Shown here in pieces: positions 48,900-63,242 of a stretch of DNA of 64,000 bases (position 1 is its first letter; every line of letters starts with the position of its first letter). A program made the translations under genes and the position numbers. Origin of the DNA: Pristiophorus japonicus (taxonomy: Eukaryota); assembly GCF_044704955.1 (NCBI RefSeq), contig NC_091999.1, positions 9,982,001-10,046,000 on the forward strand. Reading direction: 5' to 3'. The notes below the pieces were generated by a model, which did not search any database, had not been told where the DNA came from, and saw only the letters and a program-made list of their open reading frames with translations.

Positions 48900-51800
48900 T
48901 GCACACGAATCACAGAAAGTTAACATGCAGTTACAGCAAGCTTTGTAATACAAATGGTATATTAACCTTTATTGCAAGTCATTAGAGGAAACGAGTTAGG
49001 AAATCGTGCTGCAAATAAATTGAGTTTTGGTGAGACCATACCGGGAGTACTGTGTTCAGTTTTGTTCTCTTTATCGGAGGAAGGCGATACTTGCCATATA
49101 GTCAACGAAGGTTCCCGAGATTTAATTCCTAAAAAGAAAAGGTTCTTCTATGAGGAGAGGTTTCGTGGAATTAGTTTATATTCTCTGCCGTTTAGAAGAA
49201 TGAGAGGTGATTTCATTGAAACGTATGAACTTTTTAGAGGACTTGATTTGATAAAGGCTGAGAGGTTGTTTCCCCTGCCTGGAGAATCCAGAACTAGGAT
49301 TCATAAGAACATAAGAACATAAGAAATATGAGCAAGAGTAGGCCATTTGGCCCCTCAAACCTGTTTCACCATTCAATACGATCATGGCTGATCTGATCAT
49401 GAGCTCAGCTCTACTTCCCCGCCCGCTCCCCTTAACCCTTTACTCCATTATCGCCCAAAAATACGTCTATCTCCACCTTAAATATATTCAATGGCCCAGC
49501 CTGCACAGATGTATTGGGCAGAGAATTCCACAGATTTACAGCCCTTCGAGAGAACAAATTTCGCCTCATCTCAGGTTTAAATGGGCGACACCTTATTCTG
49601 AAACTATGGCCCCTAGTTTGAGATTTTTCCATGATTGGAAACATCCTCTCAGCATCTATCTAGTCGAGACCCCTCAGTGTCTTACACATCTCAATAAGAT
49701 CACGTCTCATTATTTTGAACTCCAATGAGTATAGGCCCAACCTGTTCAACCTTTCTTCATAAGTCAACCCCTTCATCTCAGGAATCAATCTCGTGAACAT
49801 TGTCTGAACTGCCTCCAATGCAAGTATATCCCTCCTTAAATAAGGAGACCAACACTGTACGCAGTACTCTAGGTGTGGCCTCACCAGTAACCTGTACAGT
49901 TGTAGCAGGAATTCTCGACATTTATACTCGAACCCATTGCAATAAAGGCCAAGATTCAATTTGCCTTCCTGCTTATTTACTGTACCTGCATACTAACGTA
50001 TTATGCTTCATGTACAAGGACGCCCGGGTCCCTCTGTACTGCAGAGTTTTGTAATTTCCTCCATTTAAATAAGAATTAGCATTTTTATTATTTCTGCCGA
50101 AGTGGATAACCTCACACTTTCCCACATTATACTCCATAACCTCAGGCTCCTCACGGATCTGGGAAAAATAGCCTCGCACGGGTTGTGGGATTTGTTGATG
50201 GGCAGGATATGAATAAGCTTCGCAGGGGGGTGGGAGCCTGCGAGTAGATTCAGAATGGAGATAAACAACGCTGGAATTGGATAACAGCAAATGTGAAAAT
50301 GAAACTGAAGGCAGCGGAAACAAAGGCTGGAAAATAAACGGAGTTTGGCGCTGCCAAAGGGTGTATACTCAAAGCAAGGAGTCTACGGAATAATGCAGAT
50401 GAGATGAAAGCACAGAAAGACACTTGGGAGTATGATATTATAGCTAGTATTGACACATGGCTGAAAGAAATGCAGGAATGTCAGTTCGACCTTCTTGGTT
50501 ACTGGATTTTCTGATGTGACAGAGAGCGGGCTAAACATAGAAACATAGAAACATAGAAACATAGAAAATAGTTGCAGTAGCAGGCCATTCGGCCTTTCGA
50601 GGCTGCACCACCATTCAATATGACCATGGCAGATTATTCCATCAGTACACCTCACATATAAAGAGGAGGAGGGGTTGCAGCATTGATTAAACAATCAATT
50701 ACATCCGTGAGGAGGGATGATACATTGGAAGGATCATCAAATACGACCATATGAGTTGAAGTTAAGAACGAAAAAGGGGCAATCACATTGCTGGGAGTGC
50801 ACTGTAGACCCTCAAACAGTCAGAGAGAGAAAAAAGAGCAAATGTGCAAATGCATTTCTGAGAACTGCAAAAACTATAGGACAGTAATATTTGTGGACTT
50901 CTACTACCCTAATATTAACTGCGATAGAATAAATGTGTAAGGTATAGAGTGTGCAGGTTTCCAAAAATGCATTCAGGAGGGCTTTTAGCCAGTGTGTATC
51001 AAGCCGAGGTCGGGAGGGTTCTGCACTTAATTTTAGCGAACGAAGCTGGGCAGATAGAAGGGATATCAGTGGGAGAGAATGTTGGTGCTAGTGATCATAA
51101 TTCAGTTAGATTAAGAGTCATTATGGAAACGGACAAAGATACACCAGGAATAACAATTCTCAATTGGGGGAAAGCCAAAGTGGATTGGAAACAACTACTT
51201 GTAGGGAAATCATTGTCAGAGCAGTGAGAGGCATTCAAGGTGGAGATCCTAAGAACAAGTTTGTTCCTTTAAAGAAAAAGGTTGAGACTAACAAATAACG
51301 AGCATCCAGGATATCCAGCAGCATACAGGGTAGGACAAAGAAAAAAAGGGATGTTTATGACAGATACAGAGGGCTCAATACTGCAGAAACCCTAGAAGAG
51401 TATAGAAAGTGCAGGGGTGAAAGTTAAACGGAAATTAGGAAAGCAATGAGATGAAAAAAAGATTGACAGGTAAATCTAGGAAAAGCCAAATATGTTTTAT
51501 AAATATATTAAGAGCAAGCGGATAGAAAAAAGAGTAGAGCCTATTAGAGACCACAAAGGTAATCTGTGTGTGGAGGCGGATGACGTGGGTGTGATTCTTA
51601 ATGCATACTTTGCGTCTGTTTTCACAACATAGAGGTGTGAAACAGACATTACAATCATGGAGGAGGAGTCTAAAATATTAGCTAAAATAAAAAGAGTGAG
51701 AGAGGAATTGTTAACAGGTTTAGCAGCTTTAAGAGTGGATAAATGCCCATGCTCGGATGAAATCCCAGGCTGTGAAGAAAAGCTCGTGTGGAAATAGCAG

Positions 51801-53570
51801 AGGCTCTGACCATCATTTTCCCAACCTCTCTGGCTACAGGTGACCGGAGGATTGAAGAATGCTCACGGTGTACCTTTGTTTAAAAAGGGAGAAAATGACA
51901 GACAGAATAATTACATGCCAGTAAGCCTAATCTCAGTGGTGGGAAAATTATTGGAATTAACTTTGAGGGACAGGATAAATCTTCTTTGAGAAAGACACGG
52001 ATTAATTAAGGATAGTCAGGGTGGATTTATCAAGGGAAGTTCGTGTCTGAGTAACCTGATACAAATGTTTGAGTAGATAAGAAAAAAGGTCAAACAGGGT
52101 AGTAGTTTTGATGAAGTATATATGGATTGAAGCAAGGCTTTTGATAAGGTCCCACATGGAAGCCTTGTCACGAAAGTAAACGCCCATGTGATCGAAGCCA
52201 AAGTGGCAAGTTGTATCCAAGTTTGGCCCAGAGGCAGGAGCAAACGGTAATGCTCGTTGGCTGTTTTTTGTGACTGAAAGGCTGTTTCCAGTGCGGTTCC
52301 TCAGGAGTTAATAGTACGTTTATTGACTTGTGTGGTATATGTAAATGATTTAGATTTCAATGTAGAGGCTATGATTAAGAAGGTTGCAGATGATACAAAA
52401 ATTGTTCGTGTGGTTGATAACGAGGAAAAATATATAACCTTCAAGAATATATCAATGAAGTGGCCAGGTGGAAACGACAGTAGCAAATGTAATTCAAACC
52501 TGAAAAGCGTGAGGTAATGCATTTGGAGAGGCCTAACAAGTCAACGTAATACACATTAAATGGTCGGAGACTGAGAAGTGTAGAGGAACATAGGGACCTT
52601 GGAGTGCATTTCCACGAGTCCCTGAAGTTAACAGCCCATGAATATAATGTGGTTAAGAAGGCATATAGAATACTTGCCGGATTAGAAGCAATACAGGATA
52701 CTTATAGCGTGAACTGTATAAAACACCAGTTAGGCCACAGCCAGAGTACTACGTACAATCCTGGTCACCACATTACAGGAACGTGATTGCACTAGAGAGG
52801 GTACGGAGGAGATTTGCGAGGATGCTGGCTGGACTGGAGAGTTTTCGCAATGAGGAACGATTGGATAGGCTGGGTTTGACTTCTTTGGAGAAAGGAAGTT
52901 GAGGTGAGACCTTATTAAGGTGTATAAAATGATGGGTCGGCCTATGTAGTGTGAATAGGCGCACCTATTTCGCTTAGTGGAGGGGTCAACAACCAGGAGG
53001 CATAGATTTAAATTAATTGGCAGACGGTTTAGAGGGGATTTGATGGGAAATATTTTCATCCAGTTGGAGTGGTTTTGAACTCACTGCCTAAAAGGTGGTC
53101 GGTGCAGAAACTCTCATAGCACTTAATAAGTATTTGGATGTGCTTTTGAATTTTCGAAACCTCACAGGCTACGGACCAAGAGCTGGAATGTGGGTTAAGG
53201 CTGGATAGCTCTTTTTCGGCCGATGCGTAAACAATGGGCCGAAATGGCATCTTTCCGTGCTTTAAGTTTCTATGATTCTGATTCTATGCTAAGGGCTCTG
53301 ACATTTCGGTCTGCAGTGAGGAGCAATTTCTTGCCTCAGAAGGTTTTGAAACTTTGGTATTCTCTACCCCGGAGGCCTGTGGATGCTGAATGGTGGATAA
53401 TGTACAAGACTGAGATCTATATATTATTCGGCAGTAATGTAATCAAGGAATCTGTGATTATGGTGGGAATTTGGATTTGATGTGCAAGTTCACCCATGAT
53501 CTTATTCAATGCAGGAGCTGGCTCAATGGGAGCTGTGTTCTATCCCTGCTCTTATTTCTTATATTCTTAC
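48900..53570. mobile_element. CR1-type cluster: 48900-49301 (+), 49302-50140 (-), ~50290-53288 (+) with short tail insert ~50533-50650 (-), 53300-53570 (+)
   Basis: RT/endonuclease motifs and tails; mirror of 31180-35710. Confidence 0.85.
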
Positions 53571-54638
53571 TAAAGCAATTATATGTATGTGGATTCTTCT
53601 AGCTTTGCCCAGAGCCCTTTCCAAATGTTTGTCTCGTGGTCTCTCCCTAAATTTCTCTCCCGGTATCTCTATCTGTATTTCTCACCCTATCTCTCCCTCA
53701 AACTTTTTCACTGTATCGAGAACCATTTTCCTCTCTTTGTCTTTTTGTTAATGACAGATTTGAAAAGCAATTAGGAAGATGTCACCTCGTGTACTGCAGC
53801 CTTTCAAGAAGGCAGCTCATCACCAACTTCTCAATGGCAATTAGGAATTAGTAACAAATGCTGGCCTTGCCATCGACGCCCTTCTCCCGTGAAATAATAA
53901 AAACCCCGAATAGGCCGCCAGGTAGTGCTCTTTTATGTCAATAGTTTTTATGCAGTGAAAATATCCAATTTTCTTTTTTGGATTCCTTTCCCGGGAGATT
54001 ACATTCGATTAGCTGACGGTTACTGTTGTAGAAGGCCAATGTAGTCAATACTGTGTAGCCACTGCAAACAGCGCATGACACCGATATCCTGCTCCTGCTG
54101 CAACAACGTATCTCAAACCTTCCACCATTCATTTAAAGCCCTTCCCATCCGAAACTCATTATATCGGCTCTATTTAAATGGTGGAGAAGTACTATCATTA
54201 ACCCAGCTAATCTGTGTAGTCCCATCGAATAAATCTCCATCCTTTCTGTCCCCACTGTTTTCAAAACCAAGTCCCAGAGGGATATTGTTCAGTGTTTATC
54301 CCACTGCCCAATCAGACAGAGGAGACCTCTGCTCTCATTTTGGGTGGAGTTACATTAATTACCCGCCGGTACTGCATGAGGTAATGGTAAACATGGCGGC
54401 TTTTGTTCAAGAGGATAAATGATAAACTGAGCAACCAGAGGGCGTGATAGTTAGAATAAAGTGTTAGCACTTGCATTCTTTCCTGAACCCTCAGTGAGGA
54501 TATAAAAGATACTTACGATCATACATGAAAATCATATCGTCGACTACACATCAGAATAACCCCGAAGTAATCGAGTTTCCAATAATATTCTTGATCCATT
54601 AGAATAAACTAGGAACGGACACAAACTAGGAAAAGGCC

Positions 54639-55085
54639 ATGAATGGAATTGTAATGTTCACTTTTTTGATTTTAACTGAGTGTTGATGTGCTGAAAAGAA
54701 TTCGCTGTTAAAATTAATTTATTGTGTCTAATTTTCCACCTACTTTGTATCTACAGTTATCAGTGGTGAGGCTGTGATCCACCAAACACTACAGGATTTT
54801 GCACAAGAGGGAGAACCTATTGAAATCCCGTGCAATGCAAGCACCAGGGGCAAATGATGGTATATTATGGTGCAGACCAGTGCAGAACCGTGGCTTGAAA
54901 TTTATCATACCTACTATCCTGGCCAACGATACTGATGGACGATTCTAATTCTTCATTGACGCAATAAGATGTTAAGAAGTGATAACATTCTCGTTATGGA
55001 CGGCAATGCGGTCTCATAGGCTGGAGTATATTATTGTGTAGTGAGGCACCGTGAGACAAAGGCTGGGCGCTCCAGTGCACTATCT
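54639..55085 (+). pseudogene. V pseudogene (inverted paralog of 29688-30133)
   Basis: Leader MNGIVMFTFLIL with dead donor (CTGAGT); stops; GVYYCVVR; CACCGTG(55047-55053)-23-GCACTATCT. Confidence 0.87.
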
Positions 55086-55576
55086 TCTGCAATTCTCGAT
55101 CAGACAATCTTAACACATGTCCACAGCTCTCCTGAATGTGTAGTCTCCTTTTTTGTGTACAGTTCCGTTCATCCGGTAAGGAAAGGGTTAATCAGAACTT
55201 CTTGCAAGTAGTTGACTCCTTCGTGCTGTACAGTTTGAAAAGCTCTATTCATCCTGCAAGGGAACGGTTCATCACACTAACCCGAAGGATATTAATGTTC
55301 TACTGCTACTGATTTCTGTTCATATTGTAATTACTTTCTCCCATATAATAGGTGGCTTTTGTCGGATTTGTGTTCAAATCCCTCAGTACTGGCAGGCCTT
55401 CCATATCCCGCTTTCTATTGGCTATGGCTAGTTCAACTAGTAAGTGAGCAATTATTTTAATGGGAGTCGCCGACACTGATACAAGAAGAACATTAACTAT
55501 TTCGCTTCACTGCCTCTACCTCACCTGTTAAAGGGCCGACATTGGGTTTAATTCCCGTCCAGTTCTCTGTTGTGAG

Positions 55577-57110
55577 AACATATAAGAACATAAGAACATA
55601 AGAATTAGGAACAGGAGTAGGCCATCTAGCCCCTCGAGCCTGCTCCGCATTCAACAGAATCATGGCTGATCTGGCCGTGGACTCAGCTCCACTTACCCGC
55701 ACGGTCCCCATAACCCTTAATTCCCTTGTTGGTTAAAAATCTATCCATCTGTGATTTGAATACATTGAATGCGCTAGCCTCAACTGCTTCCTTGGGCAGA
55801 AAATTCCACAGATTCACAACCCTCTGGGAGAAGAAATTCCTTCTCAATCGGTTTTAAATTGGCTCCCCAGTATTTGGAGGCTGTGACACTAGTTCTAGTC
55901 TCCCCGACCAGTGGAAACAACCTCTCTGCCTCTATCTTGTCTATCCCTTTCGTTATTTCAAATGTTTCTATAAGATCACCCCTCATTCTTCTGAACTCCA
56001 ACGAGTAAAGACCCAGTCTACTCAATCTGTCATCAAAAGGTAACCCCCTCATCTCCAGAATCAGCCTAGTGAATCGTCTCTGTACCCCCTCAAACCTAAT
56101 ATATCCTTCCTTAAGTAAGGTGATCAAAACTGCACGCAGTACTCCAAGTGCAGCCTCACCAATACCCTGTACAGTTGCAGCAGGAACTCCCTGGTTTTGT
56201 ACTCCATCCCTCTCGCAATGAAGGCCAACATTCCATTCGCCTTCCTGATTAACTGCTCCACCTGCAAACTAACGTTTTGGGATTGATGCACAACTACCCC
56301 CAGGTCCCTCTGCACCGCAGCATGTTGTAATTTTTCCCCATTCAAATAATATTCCCTTTTACTTTTTTTTTCCAAGGTGGAGGAACTCACATTTTCCGAC
56401 ATTGTATTCCATCTGCCAAACCTTAGCCCATTCGCTTAACCTATCTAAATCTCTTTGCAGCCTCTCTGTTTCTTCTACACAACCCGCTTTCCCACTAATC
56501 TTTGTGTCATCTACAAATTTTGTTACACTACACTCTGTCCCCTCTTCCAGGTCATCTATGTATATTGTAAACGGTTGTGGTCCCAGCACCGATCCCTGTG
56601 GCACACCACTAACCACCGATTTCCAACCCGAAAAGGACCCATTTATCCCGCCTCTCTGCTTTCTCTTAGCCAGCCAATTCTTGATCCATGCTAATACATT
56701 TCCTTTGACTCCGCGTACCTTTATCTTCTGCAGTAACCTTTTGTGTGGCACTTTGAATGCCTTTTGGAAATCTAAATACACCACATCCATCGGTACATCC
56801 CTATCCACCATGCTCGTTATATTCTCAAAGAATTCCAGTAAATTAGTTAAACATGATTTCCCCTTCATGAATCCATGTTGCGTCTGCTTGATTGCACTAT
56901 TCCTATCTAGATGTCCCGCTACTTCTTCCTTAATGATAGCTTCAAGCATTTTCCCCACTACAGATGTTAAACTAACCGGCCTATAGTTACCTGCCTTTTG
57001 TCTGCCCCCTTTTTTTAAACATAGGCGATCCTTTAGCTGCTTTCCAATCCGATTGTACCTCCCCAGAGTCCAGAGAGTTTTGGTAGATTACAACGACTGC
57101 ACTTGCTATA
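55577..57110 (-). mobile_element. CR1-type LINE specific to right arm of duplication
   Basis: RT ORFs 55780-56958; (AACATAAG)n tail; empty site at ~29175-29200 and ~42085-42115. Confidence 0.92.
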
Positions 57111-57393
57111 ACAATTTCACTCCATTTAGCACTGCTCGCTGCGATGTACTGAATTGGAAAACAGAGGAACTGTGAACCGATTGATCAAGTGGAGAACAAA
57201 GGAGCTGTAAACTGATTCAATGAATTGCAGAAAAAAGGACCTGTGATCTGATTCGATACCACCTGCTGACACTGTCAGGAATGAACCAATCGGCAAAGAC
57301 ACCGGATATTAATCAATATCCTCCCAACTCTTGACCAAAACAAGTTCAAGTTCAACCCGTTCTGTTCCAATCCCCAATCAACTCTCTGTAAAT

Positions 57394-57950
57394 ATGTTGG
57401 GTGTAACATTTTGATCAATCGTCACAGCTGCAGCTCTCTTAACTGGTAAAGTTTACAAGTTACACGATCTTCTTCTTCCAGGTGTCATTGAAATACTTTA
57501 AACTTTGTTTTCTATCTATTTGCAATGTATTCCGTCATGTAACGATTTAGTTACAACAAAGTGATGACAAAAGGTTGAAGTTCTGTATTTCTCAATTTCT
57601 GAAGGTGTTAGTGGTGCAGACTCCATCTCACAGGGGCTGGTTACAGCGACGCAGTCAAAAGGGGATGCGGTGACAATTAATTACAGCTATTCGGCCCACC
57701 GATCATTCGCAATCCTTACAGCTGTACCAGAAGGACCGTGACAAAAGACCCAGAATTCTAATCTACATCTCTTCGTAGGGGATGTTTTCAGAGCAGAGGG
57801 CCTGGTTGCTCGATTTTGCACATCTCTCGCCACTTGGCAACATGCGGGGAATTTCACCATCGGCGACTTGCGGCTGTCTGACAGCACGGTGTATTACTGT
57901 GGGTGGAAAATGACAGTGACCATAACCAAAGGGAGTCTTGCACAAAACCG
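57394..57950 (+). pseudogene. V pseudogene, family F
   Basis: Leader with TGA; VSGADSISQ..VTINYSYS.., frameshifts; GACAGTG(57912-57918)-23-ACAAAACCG. Confidence 0.87.
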
Positions 57951-58339
57951 CTGCCGCAAGTTGACAAGATCAACGGGAGAGTGAGAAAAGTGGGGTGAAA
58001 CGGGGACTGTCAGTATTTATCGCAGGAGAGTGTCCATTTAAATCAAACAAATAAGTAGCTATCCAGCTTACAATACTGCACTGGAATAATGTTTATTATT
58101 AATAATAATCTTGTTGTTACTATCATAACAAGTTGTTTGATAGGCAATCCTTCCAATCCATGTTCACATCATGGGCACTTCAACTTTCAATCTTACTGAA
58201 ACAGATATAAAACCAGTTCCCATTCAGTGTCAGAATCGCAATCAGACCTCAAGCTTCAGTCGGCAGGAAAATAACTTAATGGTGGGGGCAATTCAGGAAT
58301 GATTTTCGAAATCATTTGAGGGTTTCAAAAACGTCAGAA

Positions 58340-58575
58340 CTTGCTTTCAAGGTTCGTGTGACATTACATTTCCTCTTCAACCGTCCTTTCTGGAACTGGC
58401 AATTCTACTGTGTCTTGGTGGTCTATTTCTCACATAAAATAATAGTAATAGTAATTATCATCATTATCATCACTTGGTCAATAATAATATCTAGGTTACA
58501 GCAGTCTGGGGAGAATGGATTTTTACTGGCAAGGAAATGCTTACTGATGAGGAGTGGCACGGGATCATTCCGCAT
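58340..58575 (-). pseudogene. Truncated V relic, family D (partial leader and FR1)
   Basis: MRNDPVPLLI|GTAAGC; ..QDTVELPVPERTVEEE..; family-D upstream module at 58680-58770. Confidence 0.7.
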
Positions 58576-59460
58576 GTTCATCCCTGAGTCTGGAACACTG
58601 CAGTCTGGAAAATCCTCTGTCTGGACAGAAATAAAGATTCCCGCTCCACTGTACTTCTGATCCAACGAATGGCAAAGAAGGACCAGCGGCAGCAAGTTCT
58701 CCAATAATATAAGGCGGGGCAGAGCAAGAGCAACAAACGGAAGATGTGGGCGGGGCAGCCGCAGACACACAATTGAGTGAATTCAACTCTCTGTGCAGCC
58801 GCAGAAACTGCGCAGCGCCAATCAACTGCAATCGCAGCTGATGGAGTGCAAAGTGTGTTGGCAGGGTAGAAGTCTGTGGCCAAGCTGATCCTGATCACTG
58901 AGCAAATGACTGGAAATAAATAGGGTGGGAGTAAAAAGAAATGAAAGCACAGCTTCAGAAATATTCCTATTTAACCAGCTCAATACTAGTGTTTTGAGAC
59001 ACAATATCTGGCACAGGTGTTTTATATATAATCCATAAAACTTAAATCACCTCAGTGACTTCATTTTAAATTGAATTGAACAAAATCCGTCAGTAGACGG
59101 TGCCAAACTCAAGCGTGGTAATTAGAAAGTCACGTGATGCAAACATCAAAGCGACCAATGACTGCAGGCAAAGGAAGTCACAATCGAGTCACACCCTGCA
59201 GCGTGTGGGTTGAACGGTGAGCTGGACTGGCCGGGGTTTACCTCTCTCCGACTCAATCCCTGCCTCATTCCATTCCAAGTTACTGGGAGTGATTCAATCA
59301 GACTTCTTTCTCATAATACTGCCGGCTGTGCAGTAAGTACTGAATTATTTGAAAAACCCAGGTTAGCAGACTGATTCAAATAATTTGTGCAGGCAATCTG
59401 AACTATCCATATAATGAATACCTGGGTTCATGGGAGGTTACACACACACACACAGATAGA

Positions 59461-61662
59461 AACATAGAAACATAGCAACATTGAAAATAGGTGCAGGAGA
59501 AGGCCATTCGGCCCTTCGAGACTGCACTGCCATTCAATGAGTTCACGCCTGAACATGCAACCTCAGCACTCCATTCCTGCTTTCTCGCCATACCCCTTGA
59601 TCCCCCTAGTAGTAAGGACTATATCTAATTCCTTTTGGAATATATTTAGTGAATTGGCCTCAAGAACTTCCTGTGGTAGAGAATTCCACAGGTTCACCAC
59701 TCTCTGGCTCAAGAGGTTTCTCCTCATCTCAGTCGCTAAATGGCTTACCCCTTATCCAAAGACTATGACCCCTGGTTCTGTAATTCCTCAACATTGGGAA
59801 CATTCTTCCTGCATCTAACCTGTCTAAACCTGTCAGAATTTTAAACGTTTCTATGAGATACCCTCTCATTCTTCTGAACTCCAGTGATTACAAGCCCAGT
59901 TGATCCAGTCTTTCTTGATAAGTCAGTCCCGCCATCCCAGGAATCAGTCTAGTGAACCTTCGCTGCACCTCCTCAATAGCAAGAATGTCCTTCCTCAAGT
60001 TAGGAGACCAAAACTGTACACAATACTCCAGGTGTGGCCTCACCAAGGCCCTGTACAACTGTAGCAACACCTCCCTGTTACTGTACTCAAATGTCATTTG
60101 CTTTCTTAACCACCTGCTGTACCTGCATGCCAACCTTCAGTGACTGATGTACAATGACACCCAGGTCTCGTTGCACCTCCCTTTTCCAAATCTGTCACCA
60201 TTCAGATAATAGTCTGTCTCTCTGTTTTTATCACCAAAGTGGACAACCTCACATTTATCCACATTATACTTCATCTGCCATGCATTTGCCCACTCACCGA
60301 ACCTATCCAAGTCACTCTGCAGCCTCATAGCATCCTCCTCGCAGCTCACACTGCCACCCAACTTAGTGTCATCCGCAAATTTGGAGATACTACATTTAAT
60401 CCCCTCTTCCAAATCATTAATGTACAATGTAAACAGCTGGGGCCCCAGCACAGAACCTTGCAGCACCCCACTAGTCACTGCCTACCATTCTGAAAAGTAC
60501 CCATTTACTCCTCGTCTTTGCTTCCTGTTTGACAATCAGTTCTCAATCCATGTCAGCACACTAACGCCAATCCCATGTGCTTTAACTTTGCATATTTATC
60601 TCTTGTTTGGGACCTTGTCTAAAGCCTTCTGAAAGTCCAAGTATACCAAATCAACTGGTTCTTCCTTGTCCAATCTACTGGACACATCCTCAAAAAATTC
60701 CAGAAGATTTGTCAAGCATGATTTACCTTTTACAAATTCATGGTTACTTGGACCTATCATGTCACCTCTTTCCAAATGCGCTGCTATGACATCCTTAATA
60801 AGTGATTCCATCATTTTACCCACCAATGATGTCAGGCTGACCGGTCTATAATTCCCTGTTTTCTCTCTCCCTCCTTTTTTAAAAAGTGAGGTTACATTGG
60901 CTACCCTCCACTCCATAGGAGCTGATCCAGAGTCTATGGAATGTTGGAAAATGACTGTCAATGCATCCGCTATTTCCAAGGCCACCTCCTTAAGTACTCG
61001 GGGATGCAGTCCATCAGGCCCTGGGGATGTATCGGTCTTCAATCCCATCAATTTCCCCAACACAATTTCCTGACTAATAAGGATTTCCCTCAGTTCCTCC
61101 TTCTTACTAAACCGTCTGACCCCTTTTATATCCGGAAGGTTGTTTGTGTCCTCCTTAGTGAATACCGAGCCAAAGTACACATTCAATTGGTCTGCCATTT
61201 CTTTGTTCCCCATTATGACTTCCCCTGATTCTGACTGCAGGGGATCTACGTTTGTCTTAACTAACCTTTTTCTCTTTACATATGTAGAGAAACTTTTGCA
61301 GTCCGTCTTAATGTTCCCTGCAAGCTTCCTCTCGTACTCTATTTTCGCTGCCCTAATCAAACCCTTTGTCCTCCTCTGCTGAGTTCTAAAATTATCCCAG
61401 TTCCCAGGTTCACTGCTCTTTCTGGCCAATTTATATGCCACTTCCTTGGCTTTAATACTATCCCTGATTTCCCTTGATAGCAACGGTTGAGCCACCTTCC
61501 CTTTTTTTTTACGCCAGACAGGGATGTACAATTGTTGGAGTTCATCCATGCGGTCTCTAAATGTCTGCCATTGCCCATCCACAGTCAACCCTTTAAGTAT
61601 CATTCGCCAATCTATCCTAGCCAATTCACGCCTCATACCTTCAAAGTTACCCTTCTTTAATT
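59461..61662 (-). mobile_element. CR1-type LINE specific to right arm, probable TSD GATAGA
   Basis: ORFs 59888-61687; (AAACATAG)n tail; GATAGA at 59455-59460 and 61663-61668; empty site at ~27285-27300. Confidence 0.92.
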
Positions 61663-62058
61663 GATAGATACAAATTGCAATCGACACTGTGTAAGCTCCT
61701 GTTCTACTGTTCTCCTTTCTTCATAGGCGATTATGTGCGAATCCAGTAGCTCAGTCTCCAATGACAATAGAGGTGTCAGCACGCTGTTCAGCTGTAAGAT
61801 TGCGAATATACAACCCCGGATATTGACATCGTGCAATGGTGTCGGCAGAAACTGGCAGAGCCTCCAAGCACAATTATTAGAAAATATCCGCACTATTGGG
61901 AGTCGAAATATCAGGACAATAATCGGCAGCTGCCAGCAAATGTAGAAAGTAAATTTACCTCAGTGTGCACGACGGGCAGTCAATTACTGTTCAGTTAGTT
62001 ACTGCATGAGATAAAAGCAAAAGCTCCTGACATAAATCTCAGCATGTGTTTATCGTTT

Positions 62059-62578
62059 CATAAGAACATAACAACATAAGAAATAGGAGCAGGAGTAGGC
62101 CATACGGCCCCTCGAGTCTGCTCTGCCATTCAATAAGATCATGGCTGATCTGACCATGGAATCAGCTCCACTTCCTTGCCCGCACCCCATAACCCTTTAT
62201 CCCCTTTTCGTTTAAGAAACTGTCCACTTCTGTCTCAAATTTATTCAATGTCCCAACTTCTACAGCTCTCTGGGGCAGCGAATTCCACTGATTTACAACC
62301 CTCTGAGAGTAGAAATTTCTCCTCATCTCTGTTTTAAATGGGCAGCCACTTTTTCTAAGATCATGCCCCCTAGTTCTATTCTCCACCATCAGTGGAAACA
62401 TCCTCTCCGCATCCACCTTGTCAAGGGCCCGCATAATCATATCTTTCGATAAGATCACCTCTCATTCTTCTGAAATCCAATGAGTAGAGGCCCAACCTAA
62501 TCAACATTTCCTCAGAAGTCAACCGCATCATCTGCTGGAATCAACCGAGTGAACATTCTCTAAACTGCCTCCAAACAT
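62059..62578 (-). mobile_element. CR1-type LINE 3' end
   Basis: ORF 62162-62458; mirror of 26390-26903. Confidence 0.88.
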
Positions 62579-62674
62579 GTGATCTTTCGTGCTTTTCTGT
62601 CTGGGGTAAGTTTGATCAGAAAGTGACGGAGAACAAATTCTGTCAGGTTGCTAGATGAAATACATGATTGAATT

Positions 62675-63040
62675 CGTGTCCTTATCCTTGTCCAAATCTG
62701 CAGAGAACTGATATGGGAAATACAGAGAATTATTACCCTGCCCCGAGTGATATCTCCTCTGGAAGTATCGCGGAGCTTACAGGAGTGCTGATGTCGCAGC
62801 AAAGAAAGGACAAACTGTCGGATCGGGTAAATCTGCAGCTGAGCATTATGGTCTGTTCTTCTAACCATTAATTCAGACGGATCCTAGGACACTGAGTCTG
62901 CGCCCCTGGTTCCTGTAACAAAACACAGGAAGTATGAAAATTCATGGAGTGTACATAACCCATGAAACACATACTGAGCATTTAAACATCGAGTCACTGG
63001 GCATCAAGACTATTATCAGCAAGGAACATGGGCAGTACAT
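62675..63040 (-). pseudogene. Truncated V pseudogene, family C (inverted paralog of 25918-26285)
   Basis: Leader MYCPCSLLIIVLMP (62998-63040); TRGADSVS*DPSEL..; truncated in FR3, no RSS. Confidence 0.82.
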
Positions 63041-63242
63041 GGGGAGCCCTTCTTAGAGTGCGAAAGAAAATAGCAAATTTTTAATAAAATGTTGAATCTT
63101 CTCGTCTGATATGAAAGAATAAACTGAGATCCGGAGCAGGCTTCCCTTATTGGGAGAATGAGAGGCCGTTCACAGGGACAGTGTTACAAATCACCCAGCG
63201 CTCTGATAACAGCAGAGGATAGGAGTCTTTAGGCCCCCGGCA

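Noticed and set aside
60596-61687. 363-aa ORF as host gene or active retroelement
   Set aside because: Fragment of CR1 ORF2; element is 5'-truncated and frameshifted downstream.
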